Source of the DNA: a virus
Lineage: Duplodnaviria; Caudoviricetes
Direction: 5' to 3' (one strand)
IMG/VR virus record: IMGVR_UViG_3300042922_001473
DNA: 64,000 nucleotides
The stretch's first letter is position 1; every line of letters starts with the position of its first letter. The notes below the pieces were generated by a model. The model worked only from the letters and a program-made list of their open reading frames with translations. It was not told where the DNA came from and did no database searches. Positions 41,301-51,147 of this stretch are shown here, piece after piece. Position numbers and translations under genes: made by a program.

Positions 41301-41749
41301 TTGGGGTAATGGCTTCAAATCAAGTTGTTACTCTAAAGGGCGATGAAAAACAAATAAGAAAGAGATTTGATAAGAAGAAATTATCAGATAAAGGCAAGAA
41401 AAGATATGACAAGTCAATAGAGTTATTTACCGAACTATATGGAGCAAGACTTGCAAAAAAGATTGAACTTGTTGAAACCTTTAATGATGGTGTAGAAACC
41501 GATTCTACATGGGGCTTATATAATTCAACAACGGACACAATTTATGTATTAGCTGAGATTGTAGATAAAACAGATAAGTATGATTTTGATGAATATATGG
41601 GAGTTCTTATCCATGAACAAATTCACAGAAAATCAGGTGCTCATGATAGAACAAGAGAATTTGAATTTGCTTTATCAATGGAACTTGGAAGAATTGCTTC
41701 TTTATACTTTAAGTCTGTTTCAAAATCAAATAAATCTCTAATAGCTTAA
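38384..41749 (+). CDS. triple GHKL (HATPase_c) ATPase with C-terminal HExxH metallopeptidase-like motif
   Basis: Three ~320-aa repeats, each with ExxxNxxD, DxGxG, GxxxxGxK and GT; terminal HEQIH..AHD..EFE. Confidence 0.85.
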   Translation: MAKQNVAYKMVESEVFKGADEIKNSIKQGLKLINSKRTIKNEEELPYPMDTSYGEKDWNITSALREIIANAIDTGSEYKIDYVSGFAVIRDKGAGLTKQSFIFGKSTKRESDSKVGQFGEGTKMSFLTLLRLERIVWVNTVGFTTLVDKVPSEKYGAELMKLRFLPNDRKEGTDIFIECSEQELEEAKRLFLELSPLEKIDNNIFKPANSIFIVGLKTTTLTNTLFSYNIEDKTMTNRDRNIVDVVKLQSSVMNILKKAKNQAFIKEYLTAFKDNSNAFEYQLPFIPDESKKDTWVKVLKKVLPKAVLSSDMQSDLYASMMGYTVLRNVPSNLHRVFKYLGVSESSVYARNYNGEGLKIDKKIIFPISEGYVGQWTRKDAIKEFLANSLDAGDKISVTCSDGKVRISDNGVGIAKKHFVFGVSEKNDTAIGKWGEGMKIACLVLARTQSPVKIETVGYTYEAKLEKNDDFGMKLLVVYYTKNLRTKGTSIVFNATEKEIEEAKGMFIQFKGVRNKKISTDIMDVYFENPGVVYSNGLETTKINALFSYNIKNKEIVSSRDRNAVDTYKLQEYIEKFLSASTDETIIDKFLSGWQNDRGLIEYRAQFQPKSEEVWIKIAKKTFNKACFAIDGYDNEDFIAKQAGYTILREVPYSVRRVLERAGIKRADIIAKKYKNKGILLGDRIVYPITKEYVSNMSIDDAIKELISNCLDTESKTSISCGDGIISISDKGEGISKKNLLFSESNKTESQIGQFCEGLKFASLVLARNNREFKISTKGYDYVATIERDTQFKADVLVITLSANRKRVGTDITFKGTQQELNRAKNNFLAFNESFKRVDCGIYSPGGNIFVNGVFIQKINSIYSYDIIGAKDIVSRERKTIDFEKAKISISSLVSISDNKKFIEHFITNKQYDKIEHQLSVNPLNKAVWKEVIGTVYAKHCFATGSDYDGVAMDKGYKLILQTSITMQALLSRFGVMASNQVVTLKGDEKQIRKRFDKKKLSDKGKKRYDKSIELFTELYGARLAKKIELVETFNDGVETDSTWGLYNSTTDTIYVLAEIVDKTDKYDFDEYMGVLIHEQIHRKSGAHDRTREFEFALSMELGRIASLYFKSVSKSNKSLIA

Positions 41750-42116
41750 ATACTTTGTAATTACAAAGATATAAGGTGGTAAAGAAATGAAAAAAAAGTT
41801 TTACTTTCGCTTATAATCCAAAGATTGGGTGCGTTAGTCCAAGCGGAATGAAGAAAAAAACGATTAATGCAATTTCCAAAGCGGAAGCAGAGAAAATAAT
41901 AAAAGAATATTTAGTTAAGGTTAATGGGACTTTATGTTCTAAGTATTTTTAAGATTAAGAATAATAAAATGAATCCTTATATTTTTTTGAGGATTCATTT
42001 TTATTTTAAGAATCTATTGTTAAGAAATGCAAAATTTTTTGAATTCACAAAATTAAATTATAACGTATTTTAAAATGAATTGAGAGATTTTAAATTGAGT
42101 GTTTGTAAAATATTCA

Positions 42117-42145
42117 TTGACTATAGACAATAAGTGCTGTACAAT
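42117..42145 (+). promoter_or_regulatory. sigma-A promoter with palindrome variant TTGACTATAGACAA
   Basis: TTGACT-N17-TACAAT. Confidence 0.72.
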
Positions 42146-42181
42146 GAAATTATAAGAAATTAAAAAAGGAGACTAAGCAAA

Positions 42182-42787
42182 ATGTTTATAAAATACCAGC
42201 ACTTTATTACAGATACATTGAATAAAATTTTAAATCCAAGCTATAATTCATTTACTGATTATGTACAAGTAGTTTTAAATTCAATATTACTAATTATTTC
42301 ATTTATAGGAATTTTAGCAACTATAGCAGTCATTATTATAATCCCATATATTTTTTATTTAAAGTATATAAAAAAAATAAATGAAAATTTACAAAAAACA
42401 ATTGAAAATTTGCAAAGAATAAATAGAGAAACTGATAAGCTACATAGAATAGATAAAAAATTGAAAGAATTTGATAACAATACAAATAAAAATATAGATG
42501 AAAAGATAAAAAACGTAGATAGAGAGCTACTGAAAAATAAAATTAGAAATCGTTTAGAACAGTATAAAAAATTAATATCACGACAAGAAAAATTAAAAGC
42601 TAAAAAGATAAAATATATTCTTATATTAATTTTGATGATGATTATAGTTTATATTCCAATTATACTACCATTATTTATAATTATAATAGACTTTATAGGA
42701 TTAAATAATATTTTAGCTTTTTTCCTTCCAATATTTATAACAATATTAGTATTGTTACTTGAATATGTAGCTTGGAAAATTACTTAA
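42182..42787 (+). CDS. membrane protein (paralogue of 37033, longer coiled coil)
   Basis: Shared N-terminus and KYI...IVYIP.ILP.F..IIDF.GL. Confidence 0.75.
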   Translation: MFIKYQHFITDTLNKILNPSYNSFTDYVQVVLNSILLIISFIGILATIAVIIIIPYIFYLKYIKKINENLQKTIENLQRINRETDKLHRIDKKLKEFDNNTNKNIDEKIKNVDRELLKNKIRNRLEQYKKLISRQEKLKAKKIKYILILILMMIIVYIPIILPLFIIIIDFIGLNNILAFFLPIFITILVLLLEYVAWKIT

Positions 42788-43328
42788 TTTTGTGCTTTAA
42801 AAAGAACCATTTAGTGGTTCTTTTTAAGAATTTGTATCAAAAGCATCAAGTATAATCTTACCATAATATCCAGTTATTATTCATCTTTAATTTTATCCAA
42901 AGTTAAGTGCAAAATGAGTTCGTAAAATCAATTTTAAGCGTTTAAAATATTTTCTTTGACTAAATGGTTGGCAAAGAGGAATAATTAATTTAAAAGCTAA
43001 TTGGTGCTTTCAAGAAGCATTATAAGAATTATGTCGAAGTTTTGTTCGAACAGAGGTTAGCTGATAGTAAAAATGGTGTATAAAGTTACAGCAAAATATA
43101 GTTTATAAATAAACAACATTAAATATCATGGTCTAAGAATATTTTGTTGTAACTAAATTAAATTCTTGAAGTTCAAAATATCTCAAACAAATAAATAAAC
43201 TAAATAATTAATAAGATAAAATCTTATAATAAGGGACTAATAAAATATAATAATAAAAATGTATCCAAATGAATAAACATCAAAGTGTAAATTCACATTT
43301 TAATTCAAAAAAGGCTGTAAGTTGTGAA

Positions 43329-43625
43329 TTTAAGTAAAACTTGCAACAAGTAGGATTATGTAAAATATTGAAAATTCCTATATTTTCAACAATATATATA
43401 AATATGTTGTCAAAATAACTTTATTTTTAATAAAGCAAATGTTGCAACAAGTATGTAAATTAAAGTAAAACTTGCAACATCTATGTTAATTTAAGCAATT
43501 GTTGCAAAATTTCTATTTACAAAGAAAGCGACAAAATCAACATTAGTAAGTAAAAATAAAATGTTTCTATGTTTTAAAAACAGATTTTTTTAATAAAACT
43601 ACACATATTGCAAGTTTTACTTAAA
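43329..43625. repeat. iteron-like repeats with core AAG-N6-TTGCAA
   Basis: 30-bp tandem units at 43431, 43461 and 43491, a further copy at 43329 and an exact 18-bp inverted copy at 43608-43625. Confidence 0.7.
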
Positions 43626-44243
43626 TCATTTTGTCAACATTACTTTAATCGACACATAAGTATTGGTATTACAAGAGCGTAGCCCCTTCCGAAAATCGTA
43701 AGATAATGTCACAAAATTAACATTTTGCGACAAACATAAATTCGGTTTTTATAATTTTCTTTCATCCCCTACTGTCGGACATGATTATTGTCGTCAATAA
43801 TTTCTTAAAGCTCATTTATTATTGTTTTTATGTAACCTGTAAAAAAATGTAATCATAAATGCCAAAAACAATCATACACCAATTATTATTCCATTATATT
43901 CTTTAGATTTTTCCAAAAAAATCTTTCATTATTTTCCCCCCTTACTTATACTATTTATAGTTTTTTTTATGTCATTAATACTTTTTTAATATTTACATTC
44001 TAACATTCAATCAAATAAACCTAAAAAAACATTAACATGTATTTATTATCCAATTATTTAATCTCTATAAACATTATCTGGTTTTATTAGTTGTCTATAG
44101 TCACCAATGCCCTATATTTATATCCTCATGCCACTAAAATAGATTGTAATTAAATAAACACTATATCTTAACTATTTCATCGAAGTGCAAAATAAAATGC
44201 TTTAAACCGCATTTTGTGACCTTGTTTTTTTGTTTATAAAATT

Positions 44244-44693
44244 TTGTTATTAAAATTCTCTTATTCGAATAGGATAGATAAGAAATATTACGAAGGTATC
44301 ATATTGATAATTAAAAAGGAGCTTATAATGTTTGTTAGATATGAGTTATATTGTGAAAATGAAAAGCAAGATGTTGGATTGTTAATGGGAGTTAATGAGT
44401 TAGATTTAGATGATGAACAAAAGGAAATTCTATTAAACGATTTTAATGAAAATCTTATAGTTCCTGAATTTTATATGCATTCACGACCAAGAAAAAATGT
44501 ATTAGCATTTTTTACTAATGAGGGGCTTTCATTTTTTGAAGAATCTATTAATAAGATTATTGAAAAATTTGATAATCATGGATTATTTCAAATAGCAAAA
44601 ATAACAATTTCTGAACATAATCAAAAGATTATATATCAAGATAATTTTCAAGTACTTATTGAAAATGCAAAAGATATAAATATTACAATATAA
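44244..44693 (+). CDS. hypothetical protein
   Basis: AAGGAG ahead of the internal Met (MFVRY). Confidence 0.65.
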   Translation: MLLKFSYSNRIDKKYYEGIILIIKKELIMFVRYELYCENEKQDVGLLMGVNELDLDDEQKEILLNDFNENLIVPEFYMHSRPRKNVLAFFTNEGLSFFEESINKIIEKFDNHGLFQIAKITISEHNQKIIYQDNFQVLIENAKDINITI

Positions 44694-44759
44694 ATAAAAA
44701 ACACATCTTTATTAAGATGTGTTTTTTGTATTATCTACATTCAATATTAAAGGATACCT

Positions 44760-45467
44760 TTATTTGTAAAAATGTTCGTGTAACCCACCAGCTATATCAC
44801 ATTCAGGATTATCTGTTGGTGTTAAAATAAATGATGGCAAGCCCCCTGCACAACCGTCAATTGCAGTAAGTATTGAAAACGCTACACCATTTAACCTTTC
44901 TTTTTGGTCTAAATTATCAATATTGTTCCAATAATTGACCATATTTTTTACATGGTCTAAAAAATCTTCTCTTAGTTCTTTTATGTTTTTTTGTTTTACT
45001 TCTTCCAAGGTTGCCTGATTTGACTTATAACTAAGAATACTATCCCGAACTGTTTGAGCAAATTCTTTAAAATCTTCATCAGTTATAGTTATTTTTACTA
45101 TTTCTTCTGTAGTTATTGAGTTTATATCAGCTTTCCCTGTAATTCTCCATGGATAAATTCTTCCAGGTGCTATTGCAAATTGAGCTTCTGAATATATTTC
45201 TTTATAAATTTCTTTACCGCTTATTTCTTTTTCTTGTTTAGCTAAATCTGCCATTTTGCCACTTAAAATATCTTCAGATAATTCTAAAAACTTATCCATA
45301 TCTATATAGACATTGATATTTTTTTTAATATTAGTTCCTGTTTGTGATTTTTTATATTCTATAAAATTGATTCGCACCTTTTCAATATTGAAAGCCGAAT
45401 TCAACACTTCCATAAATACATTTTTCCCATGAATTAAAATAATTTGATTAGGATTCTTACAAATCAT
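44760..45467 (-). CDS. hypothetical protein
   Basis: AAGGAG RBS, 235 aa. Confidence 0.75.
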   Translation of the reverse strand: MICKNPNQIILIHGKNVFMEVLNSAFNIEKVRINFIEYKKSQTGTNIKKNINVYIDMDKFLELSEDILSGKMADLAKQEKEISGKEIYKEIYSEAQFAIAPGRIYPWRITGKADINSITTEEIVKITITDEDFKEFAQTVRDSILSYKSNQATLEEVKQKNIKELREDFLDHVKNMVNYWNNIDNLDQKERLNGVAFSILTAIDGCAGGLPSFILTPTDNPECDIAGGLHEHFYK

Positions 45468-45626
45468 ATTATATCTCCTTTTATATATACTTTTGTTCTA
45501 TATCTCTATTTAATATTCAGACTTCAATACTGTTTATAATTAAACAGTATTGAAGTCTCTATCGTTATAACAAGTATCAACACCTTTTAGCTAATAAGTA
45601 TATTTTACCATTAGATTCTTAAAAAA

Positions 45627-45911
45627 TCAAATACATCCATATGAAGCTTCCACTGATTTACGCAGTTTTATTTCTAAATCATATGGCAAATTAACATTTT
45701 TCGGACTTGGAACTGTTCCATTATCCTTTATTAACTTTGCTGTTTTGAAATCTTCCGAAATTTGATATACTGACGAATGATGACTGGTATTTCTAATCCC
45801 TTCTTTAGAATTTGTTACATATGGCAAACCATTGCTTGGTGAAACTGCATCAAATTTACGATTATCTGCAAAACCAATCTTATATAAACCACCATTAAAA
45901 TAATATTTCAT
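45627..45911 (-). CDS. hypothetical protein
   Basis: 94-aa ORF with purine-rich RBS. Confidence 0.6.
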   Translation of the reverse strand: MKYYFNGGLYKIGFADNRKFDAVSPSNGLPYVTNSKEGIRNTSHHSSVYQISEDFKTAKLIKDNGTVPSPKNVNLPYDLEIKLRKSVEASYGCI

Positions 45912-46125
45912 AACACTCTTCCCTTCAATATTTGATTTTAAAAATCACCTTAATTAATTTTTATATGTAATTATACTCTTTTAAAATCTAAAAAATTACG
46001 GGATTATTTTAGATTGATTATTTCTTTTACGTTGCATATAATTATTAATAATACAAAATATCAGGTATTTTATAAATTAAAAAATAAACTTAATCAGGTG
46101 CAAATTTTACAAAGGAGGACAACTA

Positions 46126-46776
46126 ATGATATTTTATCATGGTACAAACAGTATAGCTCTTAACCAAATATTGAAAGATGGATATATAAGACCTCTTTCT
46201 AAAACCAATCAACAAAACAAATGTTGTATTACTACTACCATGCAAGATGATGCAGTTTACTTAACATCGGAAAAAATGATTGCAGGATTTTATACGCCTA
46301 AAGGAAAAGTGAAAGTTGACAATACAGATGTTTATTCCTGTATATTGGAAATTGATTTACCATTTGAAAAATGTAATTTTAGACCTGATGAAGATTATAT
46401 GAATGATATAATTAGCTATAATAACTATGATATTTATGATAAGTATATAAAGAGACATGAATATGCTAATTATGTAGAACCATATATAAGCTTATTTAAA
46501 AATATAACTAAAAAAGACATTGACTTTAGATATTTGTTTTCAAAAAATAAGCATTTGGGTTTAAAAATGTTATCCGAATCAGATTCATCACTATCTTTGG
46601 AACTCGGTAGTGTAGCATACATAGGTGAAATAGATGTATGTAATATTAAATCAGTTACAATATCAGACATATTTGAAGCAACAATCTATAAGATAACTCA
46701 GGAAGAAATAAGTAATGCTATTAAAAAAGTTGATTTTATAGTTGATGATTTTATTGATGATATTCGTATTAATTAA
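46126..46776 (+). CDS. ADP-ribosyltransferase-fold protein
   Basis: FYHGT......IL.DG..P, AVYLT....A.FY, ILEID. Confidence 0.6.
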   Translation: MIFYHGTNSIALNQILKDGYIRPLSKTNQQNKCCITTTMQDDAVYLTSEKMIAGFYTPKGKVKVDNTDVYSCILEIDLPFEKCNFRPDEDYMNDIISYNNYDIYDKYIKRHEYANYVEPYISLFKNITKKDIDFRYLFSKNKHLGLKMLSESDSSLSLELGSVAYIGEIDVCNIKSVTISDIFEATIYKITQEEISNAIKKVDFIVDDFIDDIRIN

Positions 46777-47157
46777 TAGTAAAAAAGCACTTATTATATT
46801 AGTGCTTTTTTATTGTGTTTTAATATAATGTGTCGATTTATTTCTAATATTTCATCATGTTAGCAAATGTGTCGAAATTATATTTTTAGTTCAATATGTT
46901 GCATCAATTTTTTGGAGTTAGTATAAATAGATGAACATTAAAATATCTTTCGTTTAAAAGCATTTAGAAGGCTCGATTTTCCAATAATCCATGAAGTTTC
47001 CTACTCACAACCCGTACCAAGGATTTTCCTGGTTAAAACCCGAACTAATAAACATTATTTACCAAACTTCTTAAAGTTTTAAAAAATTGATTTTAAAAAA
47101 CAGCATTGTAACAATGCTGTTTAGTATTTAAAATGTCTACTTTACAATTTTGATATT

Positions 47158-47394
47158 TTAGCAACTTAGAATTTCAAATATAGAGATACGTGAAACTCTA
47201 TTGCAGTATTCGGTTATACAATCATTTTCGGTATAGTTATCATTATTATTAAGCTTATCACACAATGTTTCTAATATTGACTTATTATTATCAGATATTA
47301 CTATATGTTTATCTTCTTGTCTAACTAAATGCCACTTATAAGATTTTCTTAAACAATATTTGTTATTTACTGTTTTCCTTTTTATATCATTCAT
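47158..47394 (-). CDS. hypothetical protein
   Basis: 78-aa ORF after 47453 gene. Confidence 0.5.
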   Translation of the reverse strand: MNDIKRKTVNNKYCLRKSYKWHLVRQEDKHIVISDNNKSILETLCDKLNNNDNYTENDCITEYCNRVSRISIFEILSC

Positions 47395-47452
47395 TTTCTT
47401 TTTCCTTTACTATAAAACTTTTCTTCAAGTTTAAAACAATCTGCACCCTTCT

Positions 47453-47881
47453 TTAAAAATTACGCCTATCCTCTTTTAATTCTTTGTATGCAGAATCAAG
47501 ACGATTCTCTTTGCAATATTTAGAGTAATTATTTATGACTTCTTCCAACATATTATCAAAACGGGCTTCGATTTTATCAAAGTCTTCTTCTGTAGTTATA
47601 TCCAATATATATACTGCTACAGTATTTCCGTTTAAAATTTTATTACCGTTTCTATCCTCAACATGTATACTAAAATAACCTTTATCATATTGAATCTTTT
47701 CTAAATTTCGATACCAATATAATAACTTGATAATAGGCACAAACGTATCTTTATTATTAAATGCAAGCGTTCCTCTACCTTGTGAGACATCAATGAAAAA
47801 CCCAAGTTCTTCAAGTTTTTTATCAAACTTATCCCATAATTTAAAGCCTAAATCTTCATACTTATCAATTTTCTTTTTCAT
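47453..47881 (-). CDS. hypothetical protein (paralogue of 49533)
   Basis: YEDLG.KLW.K.D.KLEE.GF; DRNGNK.LNG; DKIEARFD.MLEE shared. Confidence 0.75.
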   Translation of the reverse strand: MKKKIDKYEDLGFKLWDKFDKKLEELGFFIDVSQGRGTLAFNNKDTFVPIIKLLYWYRNLEKIQYDKGYFSIHVEDRNGNKILNGNTVAVYILDITTEEDFDKIEARFDNMLEEVINNYSKYCKENRLDSAYKELKEDRRNF

Positions 47882-48125
47882 AAATGCTCCTCATAATTTT
47901 TATTAATATTACTTCCTCTTTTAAGAGTTAGTTAATATTCCTTTTTTGTTTTTTATATTATAGCAACAAGACCTTATTAATATTACAACATCATTTTTCC
48001 CAAAAAGCAACTTTTATATAATGAATGAATTAAAGGAGACTAAAGAAGTATAGTACATGTTAATTGTTAGGAAACAGATTAATTATGATAATATATTAAG
48101 TAAAAGAAAAGGAAGGTAAAAAAGA

Positions 48126-48561
48126 ATGATAACAGTAAAAATAATAGATAAAACAAATTTAAACAATCCAAGATGTGAAATAATAAGTTCTTCAGGTGTG
48201 GATTTGCAAGCAAATGTTGAGATGCCAGTAACATTGAAACCGAGAGGAAGAGCATTGATTTCAACAGGATTATTCATGGAAATACCAGTTGGTTATGAAG
48301 GAATGGTTATAGCAAGAAGTGGTCTTGCTATTAAAGTTCATGCAATAGACACTATAAACCCTGATTACAGAGCTGAAATTAAAGTAATGGTTATAAATAT
48401 TGGAGACAAAGATTTTACTATTAATAATGGTGATATTATTGCCCAGATGAAATTTTTACAATTACTAATGGAAATGAAATCGCCAAAAAGGTACTTTTTT
48501 TAAAGCAGTTAGGGTTTTAGAAAAAACTGAACGTGGCGAAGGTATATTTGGACATATTTGA
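48126..48561 (+). pseudogene. dut: degraded dUTPase duplicate
   Basis: Copy of 48769 with a deletion in motif 3 and a frameshift separating the ERGEG.FGH motif 5. Confidence 0.85.
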
Positions 48562-48768
48562 GTGTAAGAAAAACAGCTAATATTCCTTAGTTGTTTTTTA
48601 TTATAGCTATCTCATATTAACATTCATTTTTCTGAAGAAAATATCTATAATATGATAGATAATATATAAAAAAGGAGACTAAAGAAGTATAGTTCATATT
48701 GGTTATTGGAAACACGTATTAAATATGATAATATATTCTAAGTCAAAAGAAAAGGAAGGTAAAGAAGT

Positions 48769-49203
48769 ATGATAAATGTAAAAATAATAAATAAAACAAA
48801 TTTTAAAAACCCAGGATATGAAACAGTAGGTTCTGCAGGTGTAGATTTACAGGCAAATATTGACACACCAATTGTTTTAAAACCTCTTGAAAGAGCCTTA
48901 GTTCCAACTGGATTATTTATGGAAATCCCCGTTGGTTATGAAGGTCAGGTTAGAGCAAGAAGTGGTCTTGCTATTAAACATGGGATTAGCTTAGTTAATG
49001 GAATTGGCACAATCGACTCAGATTACAGAGGTGAAATTAAAGTAATTTTGATTAATCTTGGAAGTGAAGATTTTACTATTAAAAATGGAGAAAGAATTGC
49101 ACAAATGGTATTTATGCAATATGAGAGAGCAACTTTTGAAACAGTTCAACTTTTACAAGAAACTGAACGTGGCGAAGGTGGTTTCGGGCATACTGGAGTT
49201 TAA
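48769..49203 (+). CDS. dut: trimeric dUTPase
   Basis: [34 protein letters not shown]. Confidence 0.96.
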   Translation: MINVKIINKTNFKNPGYETVGSAGVDLQANIDTPIVLKPLERALVPTGLFMEIPVGYEGQVRARSGLAIKHGISLVNGIGTIDSDYRGEIKVILINLGSEDFTIKNGERIAQMVFMQYERATFETVQLLQETERGEGGFGHTGV

Positions 49204-49249
49204 GAAATAATAAAAGAGCTAATTATTAGCTCTTTTTATATGTAAAATA

Positions 49250-49438
49250 TTAATTTAGCTGACCATTTTTATAATATTCAACTATGTTTTCAATGTCCGA
49301 CAACTCACACATTGGAGTATTATCAATACACTTCATTAGCATATTTTTAAATTCACTATCCGTAAGAGTAGTTCCTACTTCGTTTAACAAATTCGCAATA
49401 TTCTTTTTTACATCGTCTGCATTTATTGGTCTAATCAT
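49250..49438 (-). CDS. small phage-type protein
   Basis: GAGGT RBS; MIRPINAD...IDNTP. Confidence 0.6.
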   Translation of the reverse strand: MIRPINADDVKKNIANLLNEVGTTLTDSEFKNMLMKCIDNTPMCELSDIENIVEYYKNGQLN

Positions 49439-49532
49439 TTTAGCTACCTCTCTAAATATTGATTCAATACTACAGCTAATCTAATATTTTTTTCTATAAA
49501 ACCAGCGATTATTAAATCATATATAATCATTT

Positions 49533-49976
49533 TTAAAATTCACGTCTATCTTGTAGTAATTTTTTATTAATAGAGTCAAGTTTATTATTTTCATTATATT
49601 TTAAATAATTTTTCAGTGCCTCTTCTAACATTTTATCAAATCGTGCTTCAATTTTATCAAGTTCTTTTTCATTGATAATATTTAATTTATATATGGCGAT
49701 AATTCTTCCATTTAATAGCTTATTACCATTTCTATCAAAAATATTTATGCTAAAATATTTTTTATTATCCTTTAATTTTTCCATATCCCAATACCAATAA
49801 TTTAATACAAAAATCGGTTTATATGTATCATGCTCGCTAAATGCAGTTGTTTTTCTTCCATGGTAGTCATCATTATTTAATAGTATACTAAATCCATGCT
49901 CTTCCAGTTTATTATCATGCTTTTCCCAAAGTTTTAATCCTAAATCTTCATATCTATCAAAATTTCTATTTTTTAT
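49533..49976 (-). CDS. paralogue of 47453 with apparent ATA start
   Basis: Frame is open 64 codons upstream of the annotated Met and aligns with the 47453 N-terminus; GGGGG RBS 9 nt before ATA at 49976. Confidence 0.6.
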   Translation of the reverse strand: MKNRNFDRYEDLGLKLWEKHDNKLEEHGFSILLNNDDYHGRKTTAFSEHDTYKPIFVLNYWYWDMEKLKDNKKYFSINIFDRNGNKLLNGRIIAIYKLNIINEKELDKIEARFDKMLEEALKNYLKYNENNKLDSINKKLLQDRREF

Positions 49977-50156
49977 AACTAATATCCCCCTTCTGTTTTT
50001 AAATTTATAATAGTACAGAACCTACCAATGCGTATAAAAAGGAAAATATATATATGCCTAAAGCTAAAAATACTAATATTTCATTTATTATTCCTTTTTC
50101 TCTATATCTTACTTCTCTTCTCATATTTATGCCTCTCACCTTATGAATTATATAAT

Positions 50157-50186
50157 TATTATACACCCAATATAGACAATAGTCAA
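50157..50186 (-). promoter_or_regulatory. sigma-A promoter with palindrome variant TTGACTATTGTCTA
   Basis: TTGACT-N17-TATAAT on the minus strand, ahead of a 39-aa TM ORF and the 49533 gene. Confidence 0.72.
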
Positions 50187-50397
50187 TAAATTATTTACAA
50201 GTATTATAGTACGCTTTTTATAATCTTATTAAGTTGTTTATATTGAAATTCAAGCTGTGCAAAAATGGTTAAAAGTATAAATAGTCAATATAAAAATAAC
50301 TTTCGTTAAAGTTCATTTTATAGGCTCACCATTTTAAATAAAAAACAAACAATCGTCTTTTTTATGATAATGTTCCGATTGTTTGTTTAAGAAGTTA

Positions 50398-50727
50398 TTA
50401 ATCATTAAAATATCTTATAGCTTTTACCTGATAGTGCTGATATGGTTTAACCACTATTTTGAAATGTAATTCATTGTCAAATTGGTCGTCAAGTTCCAAT
50501 TCGTCTATCGGCACTAATAATTCCACTATACTTGTTCCGTAACCTGATATTTGTCCTTTTGGAGAGGTACTAAAGAATAATCCATTCTCTTTCCCATACA
50601 TTTTATTTGTAGCAATAATTTTTTCTGCATTTCCCTCAGAAGTAGCATGATATAAGGTTAATGTATTATCTTCGTTTACTTTCAAACCGTATTGAAGTGA
50701 TAATTCTTCTAAATCCTCTTTAAGCAT
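50398..50727 (-). CDS. small ADP-ribosyltransferase-fold protein
   Basis: LYHATS..NA.KI, GLFFST, GYG..IVEL.VP. Confidence 0.5.
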   Translation of the reverse strand: MLKEDLEELSLQYGLKVNEDNTLTLYHATSEGNAEKIIATNKMYGKENGLFFSTSPKGQISGYGTSIVELLVPIDELELDDQFDNELHFKIVVKPYQHYQVKAIRYFND

Positions 50728-50856
50728 AGATTTCTCCTTATATATTTTGATTAAATATTGTCTTTTCTTATTATATCAGATATTAGTATTATTAGTTATA
50801 CTAATCTTCCTTTACATTCTTTAGACAAATCTAATCCCTTCATTACTCCATTTTTG

Positions 50857-51120
50857 TTATACAAACATATCTTCATTATAACCACCTTTTGTAGTCATTT
50901 CTTTTAATAAAACATTTGTTTCTTTTTTACTGTAAAAAACCTTGATTTTTGAAGAAAACACTGTATCTTCATAATATACTTTTTTACATTTTGGACAGTA
51001 ATAACCATTATAGAAGTGACCATGTTTCCCAACATAACTACTGCCCCCTGTACCTAAAATTCTCCAATGTTTTATATGTGAACATACATTTTGATTTGCT
51101 TTCTCAAATTCATTAGCCAT
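50857..51120 (-). CDS. small putative zinc-binding protein
   Basis: CSH and YCPKCK; AGGAG RBS. Confidence 0.6.
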   Translation of the reverse strand: MANEFEKANQNVCSHIKHWRILGTGGSSYVGKHGHFYNGYYCPKCKKVYYEDTVFSSKIKVFYSKKETNVLLKEMTTKGGYNEDMFV

Positions 51121-51147
51121 ATTTCCTCTCCTCTTTCCCTTTGATTC

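Noticed and set aside
41826-41900. tRNA-like start GGGTGCGTTAGTCCAAGCGG
   Set aside because: No T-loop or acceptor stem; lies in a short decayed ORF.
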